From: Anthoceros angustus | Taxonomy: Eukaryota > Plantae > Anthocerotophyta | Assembly: GCA_010909165.1 (NCBI GenBank) | Contig: VJWM01000144.1 | Coordinates: forward strand, 554,965 to 618,964 | Length of the DNA: 64,000 bases | Reading direction: 5' to 3' | Part shown: one piece after another, positions 35,360 to 45,100 of the stretch | Position numbering within the stretch: the stretch's first letter is position 1 | Layout: each line of letters starts with the position of its first letter | Made by a program: the position numbers and the translations under genes | The notes under the pieces: generated by a model | What the model saw: the letters and a program-made list of their open reading frames with translations, nothing else | Database searches by the model: none | What the model was told of the DNA's origin: nothing

Positions 35360-36400
35360 AATGGAAGCTCTATGCTGCGGCTCGCATTATCAAGGGTGTG
35401 GCATCACGTGTGGGGTTCGGAGGCAGTGGTCTAGGATGCACATCAAAGACATCCTCACTCAGCAATGGCTATTCAACACAGTTGTTGTTCCTTCTATTAT
35501 GTATGCTGCAGAGTTTTGGGGGCACTATCTTTCGCTGGAGGATTGGAGCAAGGTGGAACATGTCCAGACATCTTTTCTTTGGCCACATTTTGTCTGTAAG
35601 AAGTCTGTCCCCCTAGCCATCTTTTATGCAGAGTTTGCCACTTTCCTGATTGAGCTTGAGGGTTTGTTTCGTCTAACCAGCTTCTTGTACCGTCTCTATT
35701 CTTTAGAGGATGCTCAGTGCAATCACCCCACCTCCACTCCCCCGTACCTCCTCCTTGCCTTCCAGTCCTCTCGGAAGTTAGCTTTTATAGGTAGCAAGAC
35801 TTACTGGTATGCTCAGTCTTCTGCTTTGCAACAGAAACTTCGCTTCTGTCCTCGGAAAGTCTCCCAGCCCACCCCCTTTTCCAATTTTTGCCGCCTCCTT
35901 CCAACAAGTACATTCGCAATGAATTGCAATCCACCTATCTCTCCTACACCTGGTCTCCTGTCTCTGAATCCTTACCCACTAAACTCTAGACTTACAAACA
36001 ATTTTTCCGTATCCTCTCCAAGTCTGGGAGCCCCTTGCTTTCACTCTATCTTGGCAACCATATGTCTTTCAACCTTAGGATGATTATAGGTCATTTTCGT
36101 GTGGGGTTTCACCGTCTCAAGATTGAGACTGATAGATGGCTGCTGCCCAGGCCACATAAAAAGACCAGAATATGCAGGTTATGCAATAGGGAAGTTGAGA
36201 CAGAGGAACACTTTGTTTTCGACTGCCCCGTCTACGAAGATATCAGGAATGCTTTTGTCAACTTAGTCATAGTGGTTCGATCTTCGCTCGGAAGTTTCTT
36301 TTCTTTCCCTAACCCTATTCTTATAAATGTTTGCTTGAAACAAATGTGGGATTACAAGGCAGAATATATCCAGTCTTTCAACCTGCCATATATTTGACTT
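35360..36400 (+). mobile_element. LINE 3' part (RT thumb and C-terminal zinc-binding region)
   Basis: LFNTVVVPSIMYAAEFWG, FRVGFHRLKIETDRW, RICRLCNREVETEEHFVFDCPVY. Confidence 0.85.
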
Positions 36401-36559
36401 ACTTCACACCACTAGTACTTAGGAAATTTACAATATTTTTCTGTATATTTGTCTTTTCAGTCCCATGACGGAAATTCCGTCCTTAGTGGACTTTAATATA
36501 CTTCTTCTTGTATTCAGTGGGGCGGTTGCGGGCATGGTGGCGCACCTGCGGTGCCGGTG

Positions 36560-37570
36560 CGCGACCGAGATCCGGCGCCATGGTCTTGACGGCATGAACA
36601 AGGATGTGGTCACATGAGCACGCCAGCATGAACAAAAAGAATGTGGTGATTGCTTGGCCTTTGAAAGCACGGGCGCCTTTCAGAGGGGCTACCAGCTGAC
36701 CTCCTAAATTGTGGGAAGAGGATTGCTGGATAGTGTTACCTATCTTGGGCAGCTGCCTCGTGGATGTAATGGAAGATATGGGGTGAACTGAAAGATGCAC
36801 GGCAGGTTTTCACAGCATGCACATAATTAGAGTGAATGTGGTGACATGGACTGCCGCATTCACAGACTGGGGAAAGAGGAGTGCTGGATAACGCACTGGT
36901 GGGGAACTCTCTGGTGCACGTTATGCCATTAAATGTGGTGAACTAGAAGGTGCAGGCCAGGATTTTGACAGCATGAACACAAAGGGATGTGGTGACATGG
37001 AACGTCTGATATCTAGGTATGGTGCTAATGATGATGGTCACACAAACACTGGCTTGTGTGCAGGAGATGTTAGTTGCCGATGTTCAGCCTGATGGTGCTA
37101 CTTTTACTTGCCCTTATAGCGGCATGCAGTCATGAGGGACTGGTAGGAAGCAGTCTGTTCATCACATTCATGATGACAGTCTTCCGGATTCAGCACAAAG
37201 GAAGGCGGGTGCAACAGAGCGGAGGCATGCTGGATGACGTAGTGGTGGGCACCTGCCTGGTGGACTCTTATGCAAGATGTGGTGAATTGGAAGATGCACG
37301 CCAGGTTTTTGCCACTTGGAACACGAAGAATGTGTGACATTGGATGCCCTGATTGCTGGGTATGCACAGCAATGGCTTGGACATGAGGTGCTTGTCGTGT
37401 ATGGTCAAATGGAGCAGGAGGGGCCGATTTTAGCTAGCCGTGGTACCTTTGCTTGCCTTCTGGAGGAGTGGACACCTGCCTGGTGGACATGAATGCAAAT
37501 GTAGTACCTAATCTGGAAGATGCACGCTAGATTTTTGACAGCATGAACACAAAGAAGGTGGTGTTATGGA
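36560..37570 (+). pseudogene. Cluster of degenerate PLS-PPR fragments
   Basis: DVVVGTCLVDSYARCGELEDARQVF, LLAL..ACSHEGLV and repeated aagaatgtggtgacatgg motifs, with many frameshifts. Confidence 0.75.
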
Positions 37571-37776
37571 CCAGCAGCACCAACTTGGTTCATCCAGCGA
37601 TTCCCTCCAACTTCCCAACCAAGACGGGTGGATTACAATAGTGCAACCGCCTACATCAACTTCAGAGACCGTAGAGGTCCTTAAAAATGTATATGTCGGA
37701 TTAGAAGAACATACTATTGGAGAAACTTCCGAGAAACTGATCTACCAATAATCCGCGCCTCGAAGAGAGCAGAGAG

Positions 37777-38238
37777 CTAGGGAAGATGGCTGTCGTCCGA
37801 GGCGGCGGCTAGCCGACCTTTCGTATTGGTAGCCCAGATTTGATTGCCAAAGTTGTTATACATGACCACATTACCATCGGGCTGGAGGATGATCAAGTGA
37901 TCGTTGTCGCTGCGGCAACACGTATTGGTGTGCCAAACAAATTGGCCGTCGCCCGTGTAAATTACAGCATTGCCGTCTGCCTGCAAGTCGAAATGGCAGC
38001 CTGTGCCCAGGCCACTTGTTTCTGTCGCCCACAGAGGTCCGATGTCGGTGTGGTAGAGCACCAGGTTGCAGTCCTCCTGCATCACGAACTGGTACACGCC
38101 CGAAAGTTCCAGCTCCTCGTTCGGCCCCAGCCCGGAGCCCGGCTCCAGGGTTGTCCTCGCTTCTCCCAATCGCAGCATCGCGTACATGCTCATCAGCCCT
38201 AAAACCAGCAATGCAGCGCTAGTGCATCTTATCGCCAT
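37777..38238 (-). CDS. Secreted GNA/bulb-type mannose-binding lectin (lectin 1)
   Basis: Signal peptide and three intact QxDxNxVxY sites (QEDCNLVLY, QADGNAVIY, QPDGNVVMY); intronless 153 aa. Confidence 0.92.
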   Translation of the reverse strand: MAIRCTSAALLVLGLMSMYAMLRLGEARTTLEPGSGLGPNEELELSGVYQFVMQEDCNLVLYHTDIGPLWATETSGLGTGCHFDLQADGNAVIYTGDGQFVWHTNTCCRSDNDHLIILQPDGNVVMYNNFGNQIWATNTKGRLAAASDDSHLP

Positions 38239-38480
38239 CGTGAGCCAGTGAACGCCTGCTCAATTCTTCTTCCGTCTCTCGGTGGCCGTCCTCAATAGAT
38301 CTTGAAACTGGCGCTGAGCACTGCGTCGTGTGAAGGAGCTGGACGTGTGATCCGAAATGAACGATGGATGGATTGATGGATGCATTTCTTGTCCCGAGCA
38401 GCAGCCGATTTGTAGACTGCGAGAGCTTATGTAAGGGCGGCCGATAATCTGTTCTTCACGATGGGTTCCAATGTAAGTGC

Positions 38481-38488
38481 CACGTGTC
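38481..38488. promoter_or_regulatory. G-box/ABRE-like CACGTGTC in the divergent lectin promoter (conserved copy at 40791-40798)
   Basis: The same motif lies at the aligned position in both duplicated intergenic regions. Confidence 0.4.
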
Positions 38489-38908
38489 CTCCTACAAGTT
38501 GTGAAGCCGATTTCACATCCTCACCGCCACTCATCTGTTTTTTCTAGTGGCCGGTTCCTTTTTCGGAGTTCACGTTTCCCTGGCCGCCACGCGCAGCAGC
38601 ATAGACAGCAAGCCTGCCGACGCCGGCCATAGCCGGCGGGATCGGGCAGGCCTTGTTAGCACGTCCTCCAGGGGCGGCATACGGTCGCTGAGAGATGCTG
38701 ATTAACCACATCCGCAAGATCTACTGTAACACACGGCAGCAGCAGCATATAAGTCATGGACTGCAGGAACATTCAGCGTCAGTGGGGCATAGCATCGATA
38801 TTGCATCGTCCCACACTGAGCTGGGTCCTAGTTCTGTTCCGCGGCCCGAACATCCATTCTCAGATCCGATCAACTGCAACTGCGGGAGGCACTAGTGAAA
38901 ACAACGAG

Positions 38909-39367
38909 ATGGCGCCTGCGCCGGCTGCAGCGGCGGCCTTGACGGCGTTGTTGTGCGTACACGCCATTGGAACCGGACTTATCAGCGGAGTGAGCGGCCA
39001 ATCCCCTGAGAACGTAATCCGGCAAGGGGATGCCATCGGGACCAATGAGCAGCTAAGCTTGGGGAACGTGTACTCGTTGGTGATGCAGGAGGACTGCAAC
39101 CTGGTGCTGATCCACAACGGCGTAGGTCCGTTGTGGGATTCCGGCACCGCCAACAGTGGCAAGAGCTGCTTCTTCGTCTTGCAGCCCGACGGCAACGGTG
39201 TCATATACAAGGACGACACTTTCAGCAATCCAGTCTGGTCCACTGGAACTTGCTGCCGTGGAGACGGCGACCACTACATCATCATCCAGCCCGACGGCAA
39301 TGTCTGCATGTACAACTACAACTCGCCCCAAGCCCTTTGGGCCACCAATACCCGAGGCCGTTTGTAG
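38909..39367 (+). CDS. Secreted GNA/bulb-type lectin (lectin 2), divergent from lectin 1
   Basis: MAPAPAAAAALTALLCVHAIG signal peptide; sites QEDCNLVLI, QPDGNGVIY, QPDGNVCMY; TATA-like catataag at ~38746. Confidence 0.92.
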   Translation: MAPAPAAAAALTALLCVHAIGTGLISGVSGQSPENVIRQGDAIGTNEQLSLGNVYSLVMQEDCNLVLIHNGVGPLWDSGTANSGKSCFFVLQPDGNGVIYKDDTFSNPVWSTGTCCRGDGDHYIIIQPDGNVCMYNYNSPQALWATNTRGRL

Positions 39368-39761
39368 AGCCTTCGCCACTCCCACATCTCAACCTCCTCA
39401 TCGTTAGAGCCTGGTCTAGTCTTCGGTAGTTAAATACAAAGATACTATTGTAACTCTTACAGACAGGAACGAATTTATGGTACACCCGTTTCGAGCACGA
39501 AAAGCTTTCGTTTTTTCCTCTCTTTTCTTCGCTAGTGGAAGGTCTGGGAGGTGTGCATGAGGTGTGGACGGTGTGCATGAGGTGGAGCTCCAGCTTGATG
39601 CAGGGAGCCAGATGGGGTCTAACTTGCCCGATGCCTGCCGATCGATCGTTTCAGGCTCTGGGCCTGCATCGACTCAGGCGCACGAGAGCACAGGAGCATG
39701 AACATGAATCTGTTTCTGGGCGAAATAAAATTACTCATGCAGCTATAATTTGATCATCCAG

Positions 39762-39833
39762 CGTGACTGCTAGGATTTGAGCTTGGGACTCCATGGCCAC
39801 GACATGGAGTTCTGACCACTAAACCATACCCAC
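39762..39833 (-). pseudogene. tRNA-His(GUG) pseudogene or tRNA-derived fragment
   Basis: GTGGGTATGGTTTAGTGGTCAGAACTCCATGTCGTGGCCATGGAGTCCCAAGCTCAAATCCTAGCAGTCACG resembles plant tRNA-His. It has U33->C and mismatched acceptor and T stems. Confidence 0.65.
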
Positions 39834-40055
39834 CGCGCGACAGCTTAGTTTGAATCGATGCGTTATGGATGAATCGACTTAGGCCTGTGCGTGAAGATCT
39901 TCTTCTTCTTCTACTACACCATACCCGGGGCCGTAGGAGTCCTTTAAGATATTATGTAGGATTAAAAGTACAATTGGATAACATAGCTTGAGAGAAACTA
40001 TGAGACAAGGATCCGCCCCAAGGGGGTAAAAGAAAAGAATCTATTAGAGCTAGAG

Positions 40056-40561
40056 CTAGGGGAGATGGCTGTCGACGGCGGCAGTAGAATCGCCTTTTTG
40101 AGTCGAACCTGAGGCGCTAGCAGCTGCTAGGCGGCCTTTGGTACTTGTGGACCAGATCTGAGTGCCGAAGATGTTGTTCATGACTACATTACCATCGGGC
40201 TGGAGGATGATGATGTGCTCGCCGTCGTTTTTGCAGCACGTATCCGTGTGCCAGACAAACTGGTTGCCGGACTTGTAGATGACACCATTGCCGTCTGTCT
40301 GCATTTCGAAGTGGCAGTCTGTGCCTTTCCCATCTGTTTCCGAGGCCCACAGCGGTCCGATGTCGGTGTGGTAGAGCACCAGGTTGCAGTCGTCCTGCAT
40401 CCGGAACTGGTACACGCCTGCGAGTTCCAGCTCCTCGTTCACCCCAGCCCGAAGCCCTCCTCCAGTGTGGTCCTCGCTTCGCTACCTTGCAGCATCGCGT
40501 GCAAGCACATCAGCGACATGACCAGCCCTGCAGCGCTTGTACATGTGCATCTCATCGTCAT
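40056..40561 (-). CDS. GNA/bulb-type lectin (lectin 3), paralog of lectin 1, with a -1 frameshift in a G run at ~40442-40445 (pseudogene or sequencing error)
   Basis: MTMRCTCTSAAGLVMSLMCLHAMLQGSEARTTLEEGFGLG / VNEELELAGVYQFRMQDDCNLVLY...QTDGNGVIY...QPDGNVVMN. Confidence 0.8.
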
Positions 40562-41154
40562 CTTGAGAGGCCTGGCAACGCGCGCTCACTTCTTCTTCCA
40601 CCTTTCAGTGGGCGCTGTCGTGTGAAAGAACTGAATGCTGTGATGCGAATTTAGGTGATATCATCCATGGATGCATTCCTTGTCCCAAGCAGCAGCCAAT
40701 TTGTAGCTCGCTGCGAGAGCTGATACCAGGGCCGCCGCCCATCAGTTCTTCACGATCGGTCGGCTGAAGCCCAGGCGCTCCCTTGACTGACACGTGTCTC
40801 CGCGAGCATCATGAAGCCGGGCTAATAATCCATACACGCCGCCGAGCCACTTGGTTTTTTCTAGAGGACGGTTCCTTTCTTTTCAGAGTATGTGCTTCCA
40901 ATGGTTGCCAAGCGCAGTAGCATAGAAAGCCAAGCTAGCGTTAACGCTGGCCATAGCTGGCAGGGGACGTCCTAACCACGACTGCCTTGATCGAACGTCC
41001 CTTAGTTGCCCTACGGGCTCGCTGAGCGATGCTAAACCCAGGATGCTGTACATGTAGCACAGCATCTGGACTAGACAGCAGCAGCAGCCTATAAATCAGG
41101 GATTGCAAGTACACTCTGCCATTAAGGGAGCATAGCATCGGAACGTCCCACACC

Positions 41155-41360
41155 CAGCAATTCTTCCTGCCATCTGAGATTTTGAGTGTGGGTTGAGATC
41201 TCAGCAACTCTTCCTGCCATCCGTGATTCTGAGATTGTGGGTTGAGGTCTGGGAAGAAAGTTTGTTTTTGAAGAAAAACTCAGCAACTCTTCCTGCCATC
41301 CGTGATTCTGAGATTGTGGGTTGAGGTCTGGGAAGAAAGTTTGTTTTTGAAGAAAAACTT
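41155..41360. repeat. ~80-bp tandem duplication (2 full copies plus a partial copy)
   Basis: ctcagcaactcttcctgccatccgtgattctgagattgtgggttgaggtctgggaagaaagtttgtttttgaagaaaaa x2. Confidence 0.85.
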
Positions 41361-41495
41361 GATTCCTAAGCATTTCTATCACGCGCAATTTCTAGAAATT
41401 CATTGCAAAATCAAGTTGCCAGGACCCGCTCGACAACATGGGCATCTTCCGTTCTGTGTTGACGATGGGATTCGAACCCATGCCCTTTCGTTCTA

Positions 41496-41576
41496 TGTTG
41501 ACAATGGGATTCGAACCCATGCCCTTTCGGACCAGAACCTTAATCTGGCGCCTTAGACCAACTCGGCCATGTCAAC
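41496..41576 (-). tRNA. trnL-AAG: tRNA-Leu(AAG)
   Basis: GTTGACATGGCCGAGTTGGTCTAAGGCGCCAGATTAAGGTTCTGGTCCGAAAGGGCATGGGTTCGAATCCCATTGTCAACA: perfect acceptor stem, CCAGA-TTAAGGT-TCTGG anticodon arm, long variable arm. Confidence 0.93.
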
Positions 41577-41744
41577 TTGCTATCATTACGGTGGAAAAAG
41601 TAAAAGTATTAAAAATTAACTGTAGAGTTTAAGACATCACCATGTTTTGCTCACTTGCACAATGCATAAAGAAACCGCTTTTAAGTGACATTTGCTGGAA
41701 AGAAGAGAATACTGACTTCAATTACAATTTCATCACTGCCCAAT

Positions 41745-42050
41745 TACGAATTGGCGACTTTTGTTATTGTACGTGACCACATTACCATCGTTACATGACT
41801 ATTACTTAGTGTTACTAATCATGTGGTAATGTAGTCATGTGTCAAGTGCCTTGCCCAACTGTTTCGGACACCCACAACGGTCCCACAGTGGTGTGGTAGA
41901 GCACCAGGTTGCAGTCCCCTTGCATAGCGAACTCGTACACGCCCAAGATTCCAACTCGTCATTCACCCCTAATGCGGAGTTGGTCTCCATGGTGCTTCTC
42001 ACTTCGTCCACTTCCATCATCACATGCATCCACGTCAGGCAAGCCAAGAT
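41745..42050 (-). pseudogene. GNA lectin pseudogene (lectin 4, minus-strand type)
   Basis: ALGVNDELE / GVYEFAMQGDCNLVLYHTTVGPLWVSETVGQGT, then a deletion, then DGNVVTYNN. Confidence 0.8.
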
Positions 42051-42129
42051 GTATATAGGAAGATAGAAGAGAGAATTTTTATCCAAGAGTGAGCACTCAA
42101 TTGGTCTTATACTGCATGCTGCCTCTTGG

Positions 42130-45100
42130 TGAAGAGGTGTGAGTCTCCTCCAAACGGTGTGTATCCCTAACTGCCATTGTGGCGCGACTTTCGCTGACGG
42201 CCAGCTGGGCGCGCACGGTCCCGTGTCGTTGTAGTAAGGGGTCCGTTCCCAAGAGAATGATAGGTTCCGTTTGGCACGTCTCAACCGATTCTCACCTCAC
42301 CGGCGTGGCCGTTTCTGACTCAGATCGCGCACGCTCGCGGTTTTACTACTAACTACTTAACGTCCATGAGCAGGCCGGCGTTTAAGGACCCGTCCGGCGT
42401 CAGTATTCTACCGTCAGATCGTTTAGTTTAGTCCGCCTTCCTTACCCCTCCCACTACGCTCATCGTTCGTTGGAAAAGAGTGGGCGTGGTTGTCCGGACC
42501 TCATTCATTCCACGGGCCTCCGTCCGGCTCTATACGCCTCCAGTTCCACCGGTCTCACGCGTTCGGTCGTCAGTGACCCCCCGCTCGAGCAAGGGTCTCG
42601 GTCGTTACACACACCACCACACGTTGGGTCCGTCACGGGACCTTGATCAATCTCTCCGGCCGCTCGGTGATTGAACTCGCGTTAGCAAGGGACGACAAGG
42701 GTCTACAAAGCGGTGTCCACCCCAAAAGAAAGATGCTTTACTACCTTATACTCGCCCAAGGCGGCGTCTTTATTACACTCCTATTCTCGAACAGGCCAGC
42801 TCGGTGTGCTAACACCGCCCACTATTTCCTCTATCCGCCTATCTCGTCGTCGGTGGGGTGGAGTATAGTTCTGCCCGGCGCTTGTGGCCCAATCCTAGTC
42901 CTATGGGTTGCGGCGCAATCGGATCATCCGTGAGGCGGGCCCCTCTCCCTTCGAGACCACCGTCGTTGAGCTACGGCGGCGGCGACAACCGTGGTAACCA
43001 CCAAGTCCTCCTCCCCTTCCTCTCTTGGCTCACTTGTGGGTCCCCGCTCTGTGGGACCACCAGGAGGTTGCTCCGCCTGAGCAGGCCGGTGGTGATTCCT
43101 CCTCTCCTCCTGAGTCCGGACCTCGGGGTCGGGCCTTGCTTCTAGAGTCCGGATCTCGGGGTCCTATCTCGACTCTGGAGTCAAGACCTCAGGGTCCGGT
43201 CTCGTCTCCGGAGTCCGGACCTCAGGGTCCGGACTCACGGGTCCTTGAACTTCCCCACCCGGGGTCCGCCTCGCCCATGGACCCCGCTGCTTGGGTCTTC
43301 TGGACTTCCTCTCTCCAACCCCTCGGGCCCTCCTCCCTTCCTTCCACTGGTGGGGTGCGGCTTACCTCATGCCTCGTGGTATCCCGGTGTCCACTCCTCC
43401 TCTGATCCCCTCCTCCCCGCTGCTCTCGTCTCCAAGCAGGCTCCCAAGGTCCTGGCCATTACTATCTCCGGCTTCATCTCTTCCCCTCCCTCGATCCATC
43501 CGGGTCCGTTAATTTCGGGGTGGCTCGGGACCTCCAGGCCTTGAGGAGCTCCAGCGTGGTAGTAAACAAAGTAAGATCGACTTGAATTGCCTCCTCCACA
43601 TGAGCCGGAGCACCGGTACTCCCTCCTCCAGAGGTGCTCCGGTAGTTAGGCGTCTTGGCCGGCTTTGGCGTCTCCGTCATAAGGCCATGGAGTCTGGCGG
43701 GTCTCTTGAGGCCGCCAAGGCTGCCTCAAAACTTCACCTGCGGCCTCTGCTGCTCCGTGTGCTCCTCCTCCCGTCTGTAGTTCGGCCACTTCAGCCATGG
43801 AGCGGCCCCTCACTTTCCGCAATCGGACCAGGCACTCCTCTCTCGAGCCCTCTCCACCATCCATCCTTGCGGAGGGCCACCATCTCCTTCCCAGTGCGGC
43901 GCCGCGCTCGTGGCTTCCTCGGATCCTTCTCCAACTCGGCGATGTCCATCTCTTTGGTTAGCTCGACTCTCCTCCCCTCCATGAGCTAGAGTCGCTCGAT
44001 CTCACCTCGTGGTCCATATATTCTCCTTGAGAATTCCATGTCGTTCCATGTCACAGGCTGTTTCTCACTGGATCTCCTCTGATCCTCCAGCTCGGTGCCC
44101 TCCGCCCACTATTTCCTCTATCCGCCTTCACGTCGCCGGGGTACTGGAGTGCCCATAGTTCTGCCCCAGCGCTTGTGGCCCAATCCCTAGTCCTAACAGT
44201 TGCGGCGCACCCAATCGGATCATCCGTGAGGCGGGGCCCCTCTCCCTTCCCGAGACCCTGTCAGGTTGAGCTACCGGCGGCGGCCTGACAACCGTGGTAA
44301 CCACCAAGTCCTCCTCCCCTTCCTCTCTTGGCTCACTTGTGGGTCCCCGCTCTGTGGGACCACCAGGAGGTTGCTCACGAGCAGCTTGGTGATTCCTCCT
44401 CCTCCCGAGTCCGGACCTCGGGGTCGGGCCTTGCTTCTAGAGTCCGGATCTCGGGTCCTATCTCGACTGAGTCAAGACCTCGAGGTCCGGTCTCGTCTCC
44501 AGTCCGGACCTCGTGGTCCGGACTCACGTCCTTGAACTTCCCACCCGGGGTCCGCCTCGCCCATCGGACCCCCGCCGGCTTGGGTCTTCTGGACTTCCTC
44601 TCTCCAACCCCTCAGGCCCTCCTCCTTCCTTCCCCTCGTGGTGGGGGCTTACCTCATGCCTCGTGGTATCCGCTGTCCGCCTCCCGATGATCCCCTCCCC
44701 GCCTGCCTCCAAACAGGCCCTAAGGTCCCAACATTTATCTCCGGCTTCATCTCTTCCTCCTCTCGATCCATCCGGGTCCGCACTTGGGGGTGGCTCAGGG
44801 ACCTCCAGGCCTTGAGGAGCTCAGCGTGGTAGTAGGCAAAGTCTCGAATCGACTTGTTGAATTGCCTCCTCCACATGAGCCCGAGCACTGGTACTCCCTC
44901 CTCCAGAGGTGCTCCAGTTACATGGCCGGCTCTGGCCGCCTCCGCAGGCCGCCAAGGAGTCCTGGGCGGAGTCTCTTGAGGCCGCCAAGGCTGCCTCAAA
45001 ACTTCCCGCAGGCCTCCGCTGCCGTGTGCTCCTCCTCCTCCTCCGCTGTAGTTCTGCCACCCATCGCCATGGAGCGACGTTCCCCTTCTGCTTTCCGCAA

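Noticed and set aside
38756-38908. N-terminal extension of lectin 2 in the ORF track
   Set aside because: Starts just after the TATA-like box. The signal peptide and paralog 5 both begin at MAPAP (38909).
41452-41529. tRNA 3'-end repeat as a prophage/integrative-element att site
   Set aside because: The copies are directly adjacent, include trailer bases, and flank no integrase; this is a simple tandem duplication
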